Of a stretch of DNA of 64,000 nt, positions 29,048 to 38,259 are shown piece by piece (positions within the stretch are counted from its first letter, which is position 1; each line of letters opens with the position of its first letter). The notes under the pieces are model-generated. The model worked only from the letters and a program-made list of their open reading frames with translations, ran no database searches and was not told the origin of the DNA. The DNA comes from Chryseolinea sp. (lineage in GTDB: Bacteria; Bacteroidota; Bacteroidia; Cytophagales; Cyclobacteriaceae). The position numbers and the translations under genes were made by a program. The DNA is taken from positions 2,980-66,979 of the forward strand of contig JBGTEP010000106.1 in NCBI GenBank assembly GCA_041747735.1, in the 5' to 3' direction.

Positions 29048-29617
29048 ATGTCAACCAAGACTGATATTTTTCAAAAGATGCTTGCTGGCGGTATCATCAG
29101 GAGTGATGAAATGGGCGAAGCGTGGGAAATTGTTTTCCGTGCGCAACGATTATCGCGTGCTCTTAATGCCTCAACTACAATCGATGAGATTAGAGAACGT
29201 TTGAGCGAGATCATCGATAGCCCAATTGACAAGAGTACAACCGTCTTTGTTCCGTTCTATACAAACTTTGGCAAGCATATTAAGCTCGGTAAAAATGTCT
29301 TCATCAATCATGCATGCAGCTTCCTGGACCTTGGCGGAATTACAATTGAAGATGATGTGCAGATTGGCCCTCGGGTAAATCTGGTAACAGAAAATCACCC
29401 GTTAGATCCGGCAACGAGAAAGCATCTTGACTTAAAGCCAATTGTTATTAAGCGAAACGCATGGATAGGAGCGGGCGCTACGATTCTTCCGGGTGTTACC
29501 GTAGGAGAGAACTCAATTGTTGCAGCAGGAGCGGTGGTGAACAAAAATGTTCCTGACAATAGTATTGTCGCGGGAATTCCAGCCAAACTTATCAAGGTTA
29601 TCGAGTCGCATCATTAA
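29048..29617 (+). CDS. Hexapeptide-repeat sugar O-acetyltransferase (maltose/galactoside type)
   Basis: FYTNFGKHIKLGKNVFIN, AWIGAGATILPGVTVGENSIVAAGAVV. Confidence 0.9.
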   Translation: MSTKTDIFQKMLAGGIIRSDEMGEAWEIVFRAQRLSRALNASTTIDEIRERLSEIIDSPIDKSTTVFVPFYTNFGKHIKLGKNVFINHACSFLDLGGITIEDDVQIGPRVNLVTENHPLDPATRKHLDLKPIVIKRNAWIGAGATILPGVTVGENSIVAAGAVVNKNVPDNSIVAGIPAKLIKVIESHH

Positions 29618-29789
29618 TCCTAAGTGAAGCTAGCGTATTGATGGCTTCGATTTTGAGCTTGTCATTCATATGAGTATATCGGTCTGTCGAGACAACGTAC
29701 CTATTCTCTAACGAAATTTCCTTGATATCAAACCCTAAATCCCTTAGAAAGGGCAAAAGTATTTTGCTACTTATTTCTTCTTCGCTCAT
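29598..29789 (-). pseudogene. Chimeric scar: HsdR N-terminal-like start fused to a tyrosine-integrase-like C-terminus
   Basis: MSEEEISSKILLPFLRDLGFDIKEISLE (HSDR_N-like) joined to STDRYTHMNDKLKIEAINTL (integrase catalytic-Tyr-like RYTH). Confidence 0.5.
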
Positions 29790-29824
29790 TCAGTTAGGGG
29801 TTAGTTAAGGGCACATCTATTGAT

Positions 29825-30280
29825 CTATATTAACCTGTCATCCAAAGTAATTGGCCTGCTATCACCGATTTTTACGTGACTAAAGTCCGGATGTTCTGGG
29901 TTAAGGAGAATATTATAATCCGGAGACGTCACTGAAGGGACGAGAACCGCAAGGGAAGATAAACCTTGCAGCCACATTGTTCCCCATCGTTGAACAGTCT
30001 CAAAGTATCCCTTCTTGTTCCAATTCTCAGGGAGGTCTTTTGTTTCGACTTTTACGATACTTTTATCTGGAACATCAATCGTAAGGAGGACCATATCCGG
30101 TGGTTTTACAGCACTTGGCAGATGCACGAGACACTCAAGAATAGCTAATGAGATATTGCTGGAGGCGTAGAGAATGGGATTCTTACCAGCTTGGTGCAAG
30201 CGACCAGAAACCAAGGTTGAGCCGATTCCACTTATATCGTTAGTATATTTTGCTTTTTGAATGCGATAGACAAGCATCAA
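29825..30280 (-). CDS. RES-domain toxin
   Basis: VYRI, LYAS..SLAILE, VPSV; 4-nt overlap with the antitoxin. Confidence 0.9.
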   Translation of the reverse strand: MMLVYRIQKAKYTNDISGIGSTLVSGRLHQAGKNPILYASSNISLAILECLVHLPSAVKPPDMVLLTIDVPDKSIVKVETKDLPENWNKKGYFETVQRWGTMWLQGLSSLAVLVPSVTSPDYNILLNPEHPDFSHVKIGDSRPITLDDRLI

Positions 30281-30696
30281 TAAATACCATATTCAATTCT
30301 TAACAACTCCTCCTTAACCAGCTCAATACCTAAACTTGACGATAGCATATGAACAGGTGTTTCATTGTTGAGCGATGGGATAAGCGAATTGAGCCAGGAA
30401 ACGAATGCCTTTTCATCATTATCAAAAGCGTTAAGACCAAGTTGAAATAACTCTGCAAGCTTCAAAACATTTTCTGACGCGGCATTGGTAATAGGAGTTG
30501 TATTTTTCTGTCGTTGGTAAGTCCTAACGGATACACCAATTAACTCAGCGGTTTCTTTCTGCTGCAATCCGAGCTTAAATGAAATGTGCGCAACATGCTT
30601 TTTCTTTAACGGGCGCTCTTTAATCACATGATAAAGACGCTGTCTTGAATCGACATTTCTTAAGCTCGCTTCTCCTAAATGTTCCAGAAATTTCAT
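30277..30696 (-). CDS. Xre/MbcA/ParS-type antitoxin
   Basis: HTH AELIGVSVRTYQR; C-terminal WLNSLIPSLNNETP...GIELVKEELLRIEYG. Confidence 0.9.
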   Translation of the reverse strand: MKFLEHLGEASLRNVDSRQRLYHVIKERPLKKKHVAHISFKLGLQQKETAELIGVSVRTYQRQKNTTPITNAASENVLKLAELFQLGLNAFDNDEKAFVSWLNSLIPSLNNETPVHMLSSSLGIELVKEELLRIEYGIY

Positions 30697-30707
30697 CCTA
30701 ATTTATG

Positions 30708-30725
30708 ATACGTCATTTGACGTAT
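30708..30725. promoter_or_regulatory. Palindrome ATACGTCA-TT-TGACGTAT, candidate TA operator
   Basis: Perfect 8-bp arms, about 12 bp upstream of the antitoxin ATG. Confidence 0.6.
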
Positions 30726-30768
30726 TAAGTTACGACATTTTGTGAATTGAATACCTAAATGAACCTAA

Positions 30769-30829
30769 ATACTTTTGTTGCTCATTTAGGGATGATTAGG
30801 TTTGAGCAACAAACTAGCAACAAAAGTAT
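30769..30829. repeat. Right-end arm-like repeats: GCAACAAACTAGCAACAAAA (30806-30825) plus a 14-bp inverted pair (30769-30782/30816-30829)
   Basis: Read directly; matches the left-end site 23110-23129. Confidence 0.75.
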
Positions 30830-30940
30830 GTTGATAATTAAGGTTTTTATTTTGTAAATATCTGTAAATGAGTGTGTTACCTTATAAAGCACATTTTGTC
30901 ACAAATTTCTATGCTTCTGATTATCAATGAGTTAAATCGG

Positions 30941-30958
30941 CTATTTCCCGATACAAAA
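30941..30958 (+). repeat. Right 18-bp direct repeat (att core), equal to the mnmE 3' end
   Basis: Reverse complement TTTTGTATCGGGAAATAG encodes FCIGK*. Confidence 0.9.
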
Positions 30959-32308
30959 CTTCGAGAAAATATTATCCAACAAATCATCCGTAGTGATTGT
31001 GCCCGTGATCTCGCCAAGGTAGTGCAACGATTGCCGAATATCCATCGCTAAAAAATCGCCGGTTATACCAGTGTCCATTCCATGTAATACTCGCTCCAAG
31101 GCATCGTTGGTTTGAATAAGATTCTGATAATGCCTTAGGTTCGTCACCATTACATCGCCTGAGGTAACAGTCTTAACCTGAAAGGTGGAAAGGATTTTGT
31201 CTTTGAGTTCTGTGATGTTGGTTTTGTTGGAAGCGCTTATGAAAATGAAATCATGTCCTTTTAAAACGGTGACGAGCTTTGGATCTGCTTTGTCAACTTT
31301 GTTTCCAGCTTTGATGTAGGGGATACCCAGCTGAATTAAGTTCTGTTCTTCTGTCGCGATTTCATCAAGAGTGGTTTGTGTGAGGTCAAACAGGTAGATA
31401 ATGAGGGAGGCCTTTTTCATTTTGTCACGTGTTCGCTCGACACCCATGGCTTCAACAACATCCTGTGTTTCTCGCAAGCCTGCAGTATCGGTAAAACGGA
31501 AGTTGATACCCCCGAGTACCATCTCATCTTCAATTACATCACGGGTAGTTCCGGGAATGTCGGAGACAATGGCCCTTTCTTCGTTGAGCAGTGTATTCAG
31601 CAACGTTGATTTTCCAGCATTCGGTTTCCCGGCTATAACGGTTGGTATACCGTTTTTGATAACATTACCCTGATCGAATGATGCAATCAATGATAGCAGG
31701 TATGTTTGGATCTTATGAATCAGTTTTTTCAGGTCATCGCGCTGCGCGAATTCTACATCTTCTTCTCCAAAATCCAACTCCAGTTCGATGAGGGATGCAA
31801 AGTGGATCAGTTCTTCGCGAAGCTGGTTAATTTCTTTTGAAAAACCACCGCGCATCTGATTTAGTGCAGCTTGTCGGGCATTGTCAGTTTCTGCGTGAAT
31901 CAGGTCGGCAACAGCTTCGGCTTGTGCGAGGTCAAAACGACCGCTAAGAAATGCTCGTTTTGTGAACTCACCCGGTTCTGCCAGTCTGGCGCCGTTCTTT
32001 AATAAAACTTTGATAATCTCTTTTACAATTATCGGTGAACCGTGGCAAGAGATTTCTGTGCTGTTTTCCGTGGTGAAAGAGTGCGGCTCGAGAAAGACAG
32101 CAACCAGCACTTCATCAATTATCTTTTCGCCATCGCGTAACGTACCAAAGTGAATGGTATGCGACGGCTGTTCTGTTAAATTCTTACCTCTGAAACATGC
32201 CTGAGTAATAGTAATCGCATCCTTACCCGACAAACGGATGACGGCAATAGCCGAAATTCCCTGGGCAGTAGCTGGTGCAACAATAGTTTCTTCCTGTGGT
32301 ATAGACAT
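30941..32308 (-). CDS. mnmE: tRNA uridine-5-carboxymethylaminomethyl(34) synthesis GTPase MnmE/TrmE
   Basis: Likely start MSIPQEETI at 32308; GKPNAGKS, GTTRD, DTAG, NKVD, FCIGK. Confidence 0.97.
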   Translation of the reverse strand: MSIPQEETIVAPATAQGISAIAVIRLSGKDAITITQACFRGKNLTEQPSHTIHFGTLRDGEKIIDEVLVAVFLEPHSFTTENSTEISCHGSPIIVKEIIKVLLKNGARLAEPGEFTKRAFLSGRFDLAQAEAVADLIHAETDNARQAALNQMRGGFSKEINQLREELIHFASLIELELDFGEEDVEFAQRDDLKKLIHKIQTYLLSLIASFDQGNVIKNGIPTVIAGKPNAGKSTLLNTLLNEERAIVSDIPGTTRDVIEDEMVLGGINFRFTDTAGLRETQDVVEAMGVERTRDKMKKASLIIYLFDLTQTTLDEIATEEQNLIQLGIPYIKAGNKVDKADPKLVTVLKGHDFIFISASNKTNITELKDKILSTFQVKTVTSGDVMVTNLRHYQNLIQTNDALERVLHGMDTGITGDFLAMDIRQSLHYLGEITGTITTDDLLDNIFSKFCIGK

Positions 32309-32345
32309 AGGGTGCAAGATACTGGCTTGTGGTAAAAGTCCAACG

Positions 32346-34241
32346 CTACTTCTCGCGAACAATCAACACCGGAATTTTTACTCTGTGCCGCACGGTATCG
32401 ACTGTAGTACCGAAGATCAAATCCTTAAAGAATTTATGTCCGTGAGCCCCCATAACCAAAAGATCGGCATTAAAATTTTTTACCATTTTCGGAATCTCAC
32501 GTTGTGGATTTCCATATTCGATTTTGATTTCCACTTCATATCCCATTGCTGTAAGTTGATTCTTATAATTTTCCAGCGAGACCGTGTCTTTACTGGATTC
32601 GTGATCGGCGATTTCGCTTCCATAAACCATGGCTCCGGCGGTTTCAACAACATGAAGCAGAATATAGCGTGCCTGGGTACCGCCCTGCGCCAGCGCACTT
32701 TGAATCGTAAGTGTATCGATGGCGCTAAAGTCGATCGTTATGGCAATTTGTTTATAAACCGGGCTATGGGAAATATCTAACGTTACCGCAGTACCATGTG
32801 GAATCTTAGCGTCGCGTTCAGCGCTGCGCTTATCAAGCAAGGGTTTGAACGTGATATACAACAGGAAAAGACCGGCTGCTGCGCACACGGGGATTACCGT
32901 TACCCAGAGCACCCAGGCGTTTTCGCCTGCCACTATAAGCCAGCCGCTGACTTCTTCCTGAACAAGTTTTACGTTGAGGGAAACGATAATGGCGGCGATC
33001 AGCCAGGCTAAAAACTTTACCCATGGCTTGATGGCAAAGACACCCATTTTTACTTTGTCGCTGGTAAAGTGTATCAAAGGGATAACTGCAAATCCCAATT
33101 GTAAACTTAAAACCACCTGACTGAAGATCAGCATAGTTCCGGTTTCCGATTCACCATAGATAAGGATGACCAGCACTGCAGGTATGATGGCGATGAGTCG
33201 GGTGATTATACGACGTAACCATGGTGCTATGCGCAAATTCAGATAACCCTCCATTACGATCTGTCCAGCCAGCGTTCCTGTGATCGTTGAACTTTGTCCC
33301 GCTGCTACTAACGCTACACCAAAAAGGATAGGGGCCAGTTCAGTACCTAAAAGCGTTGCCAGAAATTTATGAGCGTCCTGAATATCGGCAACTTCGTGCA
33401 TCCCTGCTTTAAAAAATGTCGACGCGGCTAAAACCAGTATGGCTGCATTTACAAAAAAGGCGGCATTGAGGGCAATGGCTGAATCGATAAAGTTATATTT
33501 GATGGCGGACCAGATACCTTTTTCTGACTGGTTTATCCTCCGTGTCTGGACGAGGGAAGAGTGAAGGTATAAGTTGTGAGGCATTACCGTTGCTCCAATG
33601 ATTCCGATGGCGATATAAAGAGCCCCATCACCTGGCAGCGACGGTACAAATCCTTTTACTAGTTCACTCATATCAGGCTTAGCCAAAACCATTTCGACGA
33701 CAAATGCTCCTCCTATGATGGCAACCAGCGCGATGATAAATGCTTCCATCTTGCGCATGCCATAGCTCTGAAGCAAAAGCAGAAGCAGGGTATCTAATAC
33801 AGTCAGACTAACACCCCAGATTAACGGCAACCCGAAGAGTAGTTGCAACCCTATGGCCATACCCAATACTTCAGCCAGGTCACAGGCAGCAATGGCAATC
33901 TCGGCTAGAACCCAAAGAAAGAAGTTCACCGGACGGCTATAGGTGCTTCGCGAGGCTTGAGCAAGATCCAATTGGCGAACGACGCCGAGGCGGGCACTCA
34001 GACTCTGAAGTAACAACGCCATCAGGTTGGACATTAAGAGTACCCAGATGAGCGCATAGCCAAACTTACTTCCACCCGCAATATCTGTTGCCCAGTTACC
34101 GGGATCCATGTACCCCACACTTACGAGGTACGCCGGGCCCATGAAAGCAACAACTTTACGCCATCCTTTCCGGTTGGAAGCATCAATCGATGCATTGACT
34201 TCACTCAGCGATTTGCGCTGACCTCTGTTTTCATTTCCCAT
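32346..34241 (-). CDS. mntH: Nramp Mn2+ transporter with C-terminal universal stress protein domain
   Basis: YMDPGNW, MPHNLYLHS; C-terminal ADLLVMGAHGH...FGTTV USP motif. Confidence 0.93.
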   Translation of the reverse strand: MGNENRGQRKSLSEVNASIDASNRKGWRKVVAFMGPAYLVSVGYMDPGNWATDIAGGSKFGYALIWVLLMSNLMALLLQSLSARLGVVRQLDLAQASRSTYSRPVNFFLWVLAEIAIAACDLAEVLGMAIGLQLLFGLPLIWGVSLTVLDTLLLLLLQSYGMRKMEAFIIALVAIIGGAFVVEMVLAKPDMSELVKGFVPSLPGDGALYIAIGIIGATVMPHNLYLHSSLVQTRRINQSEKGIWSAIKYNFIDSAIALNAAFFVNAAILVLAASTFFKAGMHEVADIQDAHKFLATLLGTELAPILFGVALVAAGQSSTITGTLAGQIVMEGYLNLRIAPWLRRIITRLIAIIPAVLVILIYGESETGTMLIFSQVVLSLQLGFAVIPLIHFTSDKVKMGVFAIKPWVKFLAWLIAAIIVSLNVKLVQEEVSGWLIVAGENAWVLWVTVIPVCAAAGLFLLYITFKPLLDKRSAERDAKIPHGTAVTLDISHSPVYKQIAITIDFSAIDTLTIQSALAQGGTQARYILLHVVETAGAMVYGSEIADHESSKDTVSLENYKNQLTAMGYEVEIKIEYGNPQREIPKMVKNFNADLLVMGAHGHKFFKDLIFGTTVDTVRHRVKIPVLIVREK

Positions 34242-34247
34242 GTTGTG

Positions 34248-34901
34248 TTACACCGCCATTAGTATATTCTCTGATACCACTTTCGAAATGGAAATACGTT
34301 GATCATCAATTTCGATTTCCAGACTTCCATCATACTCTTCTTTATTGATGAGCTTCACTTTTTTACCGGGTATTGCACCGATCTTATTAAGATATTTTAG
34401 AAGGGTTGAATCGGAATCTTTCACTGCGATGATGATTCCCTTATAGCCAGGCATCAAATCGAATAGCGGCATTTGTGCTTTAATGTTGATTTTACCGTGT
34501 TTATCCGGAATTGGTTCACCGTGAGGATCGGCGGTGGGAAAACCGAGGAACTCATCCAGCTTCTGGATAAGTAGTGGAGATTGAATGTGCTCGAGTTGTT
34601 CTGCGATTTCATGTACTTCATCCCAGTCGAAATTCAGTTTTTCTACAAGAAAAGTTTCCCAAAGCCGGTGCTTGCGGATTACCATCAGAGCTTCGGCTTT
34701 ACCTTGTTTAGTAATCTTCACCCCATAGTACTTTTCATAAGAGATGAATTTCTTTGCCGAAAGCTTCTTTATCATATCCGTTACCGAGGCTGCCTTTGTA
34801 CTCATCGCATCGGCGATGGCATTGGTCAGAACTTCTTTCGTTCCGTCATCTGAAAGGTGGTAAATGGCTTTAAGATAGTTCTCTTCTGTATAGCTTAACA
34901 T
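34248..34901 (-). CDS. mntR: DtxR/MntR metal-dependent repressor
   Basis: Start MLSYTEENYLKAIY at 34901; RKHRLWETFL, AEQLEH, DPHGEPIP, FeoA-like tail. Confidence 0.92.
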   Translation of the reverse strand: MLSYTEENYLKAIYHLSDDGTKEVLTNAIADAMSTKAASVTDMIKKLSAKKFISYEKYYGVKITKQGKAEALMVIRKHRLWETFLVEKLNFDWDEVHEIAEQLEHIQSPLLIQKLDEFLGFPTADPHGEPIPDKHGKINIKAQMPLFDLMPGYKGIIIAVKDSDSTLLKYLNKIGAIPGKKVKLINKEEYDGSLEIEIDDQRISISKVVSENILMAV

Positions 34902-34922
34902 ACCGTATGATTTAAAGCTAGA

Positions 34923-34950
34923 CAAAAGTAAAAGTTTAGACGAGTCTAAA
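34923..34950 (-). promoter_or_regulatory. Bacteroidetes -7 element TACTTTTG (34923-34930) and palindromic DtxR/MntR-type box TTTAGAC-GA-GTCTAAA (34935-34950)
   Basis: Perfect 7-bp arms immediately upstream of a TAnnTTTG match in front of mntR-mntH. Confidence 0.75.
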
Positions 34951-34981
34951 AAAATATTTAGAAAGAATTATTTTTTTAACG

Positions 34982-36103
34982 TTAGATCGGGAGTATATGG
35001 GAAATGCTGCCAATCAATTTCTTTTCTTCGGCATCCCAGAACACATCCTGTGGTATTGATGAAAAAAAGGAATTTTCAAGCATTTTAGCAAGGATCGGGT
35101 CAGCCTGAATATTCATCGGATCGAAAGGTATTGCGGCATTGTATTGTTCGCAGATCGAAACCCAGGGCTGGTGATTAATTAGAATAACTGGAAGTTGATA
35201 GCCCAGGTACTCGTACAGTTTTGTTGGTATTGAATTAGCAGTTGATGGATTGTAAGGGTAGGAGATAATGCCAAAATCAGCTTGCTGGATACTCTCCAGA
35301 ATTTTTTGGTGCGGTACTAATACATTACCACCCTCCATCGTGATAAAAAAATAACTCCCTGTCTCACGTTTGAGTCGTTCGTAGATACCAGGTAGTGCCG
35401 CCCATCCGACGATGTGCAACCTGATTCTTTGATCTTGTGCATGTAACTGTTTTGCAATTTCGATTGCCGTAAAAACTCCAGTTGTTTCAGCAAGCGTTCC
35501 GCTAAACAATAGATGTATGTTTCCATCGTGTTGACTTTTCGGAGTTAATAAAGGCAGTGCAGGTTTTTTCAGTTTATTTTCGATTACAGTTTTTTTCTTT
35601 CCCGGAAAGCCGATCTCTTTTTCATAACCTTTTTCTGCCAGATAATAATAGTCAACAACGGGGCTTGTAATCCATTCTTTGAACCTGACAAATAAAGCAA
35701 TGAAAGGGGCGATTAAAAATGGAAATGTTTTGCCGTAAAGAATATTTCTCCAGTAGTTCTCTTGCACGTCATAAATTATTTTGCAGCGGGTCAACGCTTT
35801 GGCAATTACTGCTGTAAACAATAACTCGTGGGTACAGAAAATTAAAACTTCTGGTTTAATAGAAAGTATTTTTTTGAGAACAGTAAAGGGCGTCGCAATT
35901 CTTGAGATACTAAGACGGCTGAAGGGTTTGAAAGTATGAAGCGTAATTGAGGTGTAATCCGCCTTCGCTTCACTGGGGTAACCGATAACGTGCACTTCGT
36001 AATTTTCCGACAGACTTTGTCCTATCTTTTCAAACATGCGCGGATCATTTACGGGTTTAAGTACCGAAGCAATGACTATTCTTCTTTTTTTTATTTCTTG
36101 CAT
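34982..36103 (-). CDS. GT-B (GT4-like) glycosyltransferase
   Basis: DPRMFEK, IIYDVQE, PTKLYEYLG. Confidence 0.8.
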   Translation of the reverse strand: MQEIKKRRIVIASVLKPVNDPRMFEKIGQSLSENYEVHVIGYPSEAKADYTSITLHTFKPFSRLSISRIATPFTVLKKILSIKPEVLIFCTHELLFTAVIAKALTRCKIIYDVQENYWRNILYGKTFPFLIAPFIALFVRFKEWITSPVVDYYYLAEKGYEKEIGFPGKKKTVIENKLKKPALPLLTPKSQHDGNIHLLFSGTLAETTGVFTAIEIAKQLHAQDQRIRLHIVGWAALPGIYERLKRETGSYFFITMEGGNVLVPHQKILESIQQADFGIISYPYNPSTANSIPTKLYEYLGYQLPVILINHQPWVSICEQYNAAIPFDPMNIQADPILAKMLENSFFSSIPQDVFWDAEEKKLIGSISHILPI

Positions 36104-36123
36104 GCTGATTTAAATCTAAGATA

Positions 36124-36936
36124 ATGGAATTGAAACAACGTGTTGAAAAAATCTGGGACGACCGCTCACTTCTTCAACAACCTGATAGTCAGGAGATCAT
36201 TCGTTCAGTAGTAGAAAAACTTGATAAAGGTGAATTGCGGGTAGCTGAGCCTTCTGAGGGTGGATGGCAGGTAAATGAATGGATAAAGAAAGCTGTGATC
36301 CTGTATTTCCCAATCCAGCAGATGGAAACCATTGAAGTTGGTCCTTTTGAGTTTCACGATAAAATCCAGTTAAAGCGGAATTATAAGGCGTTGGGCGTTC
36401 GTGTGGTACCTCATGCAATTGCAAGATATGGATCATACCTCAGCAAAGGTGTTATTATGATGCCCTCGTATGTAAACATTGGTGCTTATGTCGATGAAGG
36501 TACGATGGTCGATACCTGGGCCACTGTCGGAAGCTGCGCTCAGATCGGAAAAAACGTACATTTAAGTGGGGGAGTAGGCATTGGAGGGGTTCTTGAGCCA
36601 GTTCAGGCTGCACCGGTTATCATTGAAGATGGTGCTTTTGTGGGTTCCCGTTGTATTGTCGTAGAAGGTGTTCGGGTAGGAAAAGAGGCAGTTTTGGGCG
36701 CAAATGTGGTTTTGACAGGCAGTTCTAAAATAATTGATGTAACCGGATCGTCTCCTAAAGAGTATAAGGGCTATGTTCCTGAGCGCTCGGTAGTTATCCC
36801 GGGTTCTTATGCTAAAAAGTTTGCGGCAGGAGACTTTCATGTACCTTGCGCCTTGATCATTGGTCAGCGAAAGGAAAGTACGGATAAAAAAACCTCGCTA
36901 AATGATGCTCTACGCGATAATAATGTTTCGGTTTAA
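36124..36936 (+). CDS. dapD: Tetrahydrodipicolinate N-succinyltransferase
   Basis: WQVNEWIKKAV, MVDTWATVGSCAQIG, GVLEPVQA, SLNDALR. Confidence 0.97.
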   Translation: MELKQRVEKIWDDRSLLQQPDSQEIIRSVVEKLDKGELRVAEPSEGGWQVNEWIKKAVILYFPIQQMETIEVGPFEFHDKIQLKRNYKALGVRVVPHAIARYGSYLSKGVIMMPSYVNIGAYVDEGTMVDTWATVGSCAQIGKNVHLSGGVGIGGVLEPVQAAPVIIEDGAFVGSRCIVVEGVRVGKEAVLGANVVLTGSSKIIDVTGSSPKEYKGYVPERSVVIPGSYAKKFAAGDFHVPCALIIGQRKESTDKKTSLNDALRDNNVSV

Positions 36937-37024
36937 ACTTCGTTAAACAGTTGGCACATACTTTGAATTTCATAAATCCATTACAGAACAGTAATATGCT
37001 TTATGTAAATTTGAAAAATAAACT

Positions 37025-37840
37025 ATGAAGCGAGTTTTATTTAGTTTATTTCTCATAGCCCTTTTATCTGGTTTTGTTTCGGAGGAGAACGACATATTCC
37101 CGGTTGTGAGGAATGTGAGTTTTGCTCGGGGGGAAGTTATCAACTTCAAGATGACCTACGGCATTTTTACTGTCGGCAAGGGGAGCGTAACAATAAATCC
37201 AAAATACTACAGGATCAACGACCGGGATTGTTTCAAAATTGATGTTTATGGTAAAACCGTCGGCATGGTCGACTGGGTTGCTGATGTAGATGATCGATGG
37301 GGAGCGTATATCGATACAGTGGCGATTGTACCGCATCAATTCTACCGGTTTATTCGCGAAGGTAGATATAAAAAAGACGAGTGGACAAACTTCGATCATG
37401 TTAATCGGAAGATTGAAGTAAAGACCCTTGACAATAAAACCGGAAAATTGCGTGAACCCAAATACTATGACGCACCGGCACAAGTACGGGATATGGTTGC
37501 CGGCTTTTTATATCTCCGGAATATGGACCTTACCAGGATCAAAGTCGGCGACACTGTTGCCGTGAAAGGTTTTTTTGAAGATGAATTCTACAATTTCAAA
37601 ATCATTTATTCAGGTAAAGAAACAATCCGTGTAAAGGCGGGTAAAATCAGAACAATTGTGTTCAAGCCTGTCATGCCAAAGAATAAAGTCTTCGACGGAG
37701 AGAACTCAGTAACAGCATGGTTCTCGGATGATAAAAATAGAATCCCTGTAAAAATAAATGCCGCGATGTTTATTGGAAGCGCGGGCGTCGAACTCACCGA
37801 TTATCGCGGACTAAAAAACCCACTCAACCTGGCAAAGTAA
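37025..37840 (+). CDS. DUF3108-family exported protein
   Basis: Signal peptide; WFSDDKNRIPVKI at the C-terminus. Confidence 0.8.
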   Translation: MKRVLFSLFLIALLSGFVSEENDIFPVVRNVSFARGEVINFKMTYGIFTVGKGSVTINPKYYRINDRDCFKIDVYGKTVGMVDWVADVDDRWGAYIDTVAIVPHQFYRFIREGRYKKDEWTNFDHVNRKIEVKTLDNKTGKLREPKYYDAPAQVRDMVAGFLYLRNMDLTRIKVGDTVAVKGFFEDEFYNFKIIYSGKETIRVKAGKIRTIVFKPVMPKNKVFDGENSVTAWFSDDKNRIPVKINAAMFIGSAGVELTDYRGLKNPLNLAK

Positions 37841-37851
37841 ATTGCCTACGA

Positions 37852-38259
37852 TCAGGCCGCTGCTTTCTTTATAACCTCTATTAATTTCTCGCGGCTTACC
37901 GGTTTAATAATGTATTCGCGGACATTAGCATCGAGCTTGGCACGGCTAACATCCCGCGGATCGATCGAAGAACTTACCATGAATATAGAAATCTCCTTTT
38001 TGAGATCGAACTTCAACGATGCATAATCTTCCAGAAACATCCACCCATCTACATAGGGCATATTTATATCCAGAAAAATATAATCAGGAAGATTTTCTGA
38101 TTCGGCTGCATGCTCCTTGAGAAACAAAAGCGCTTCTTCGCCATTTTCAAATTGCAACACCTTGTCAGTAAGCTTTGCTGCCTGTATGGTTCTTAACGTT
38201 GTGAGTTGAAAGATCTTGTCATCATCCACCAGCGCTATAATCGGTGCCTTCGTTTCCAT
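37852..38259 (-). CDS. Single-domain response regulator
   Basis: LVDDD, FLDINMPYVDGW, YIIKP. Confidence 0.93.
   Translation of the reverse strand: METKAPIIALVDDDKIFQLTTLRTIQAAKLTDKVLQFENGEEALLFLKEHAAESENLPDYIFLDINMPYVDGWMFLEDYASLKFDLKKEISIFMVSSSIDPRDVSRAKLDANVREYIIKPVSREKLIEVIKKAAA

Larger units (their letters stand above)
23053..30958. mobile_element. Decayed genomic island (~7.9 kb) integrated at the mnmE 3' end
   Basis: Exact 18-bp terminal direct repeats, shared arm-like repeats inside both ends, TA module, integrase-like and HsdR-like fragments, frameshifted regulator. Confidence 0.8.

Noticed and set aside
32238-32780. 180-aa plus-strand ORF
   Set aside because: Antisense to mnmE and mntH; no recognisable motifs.
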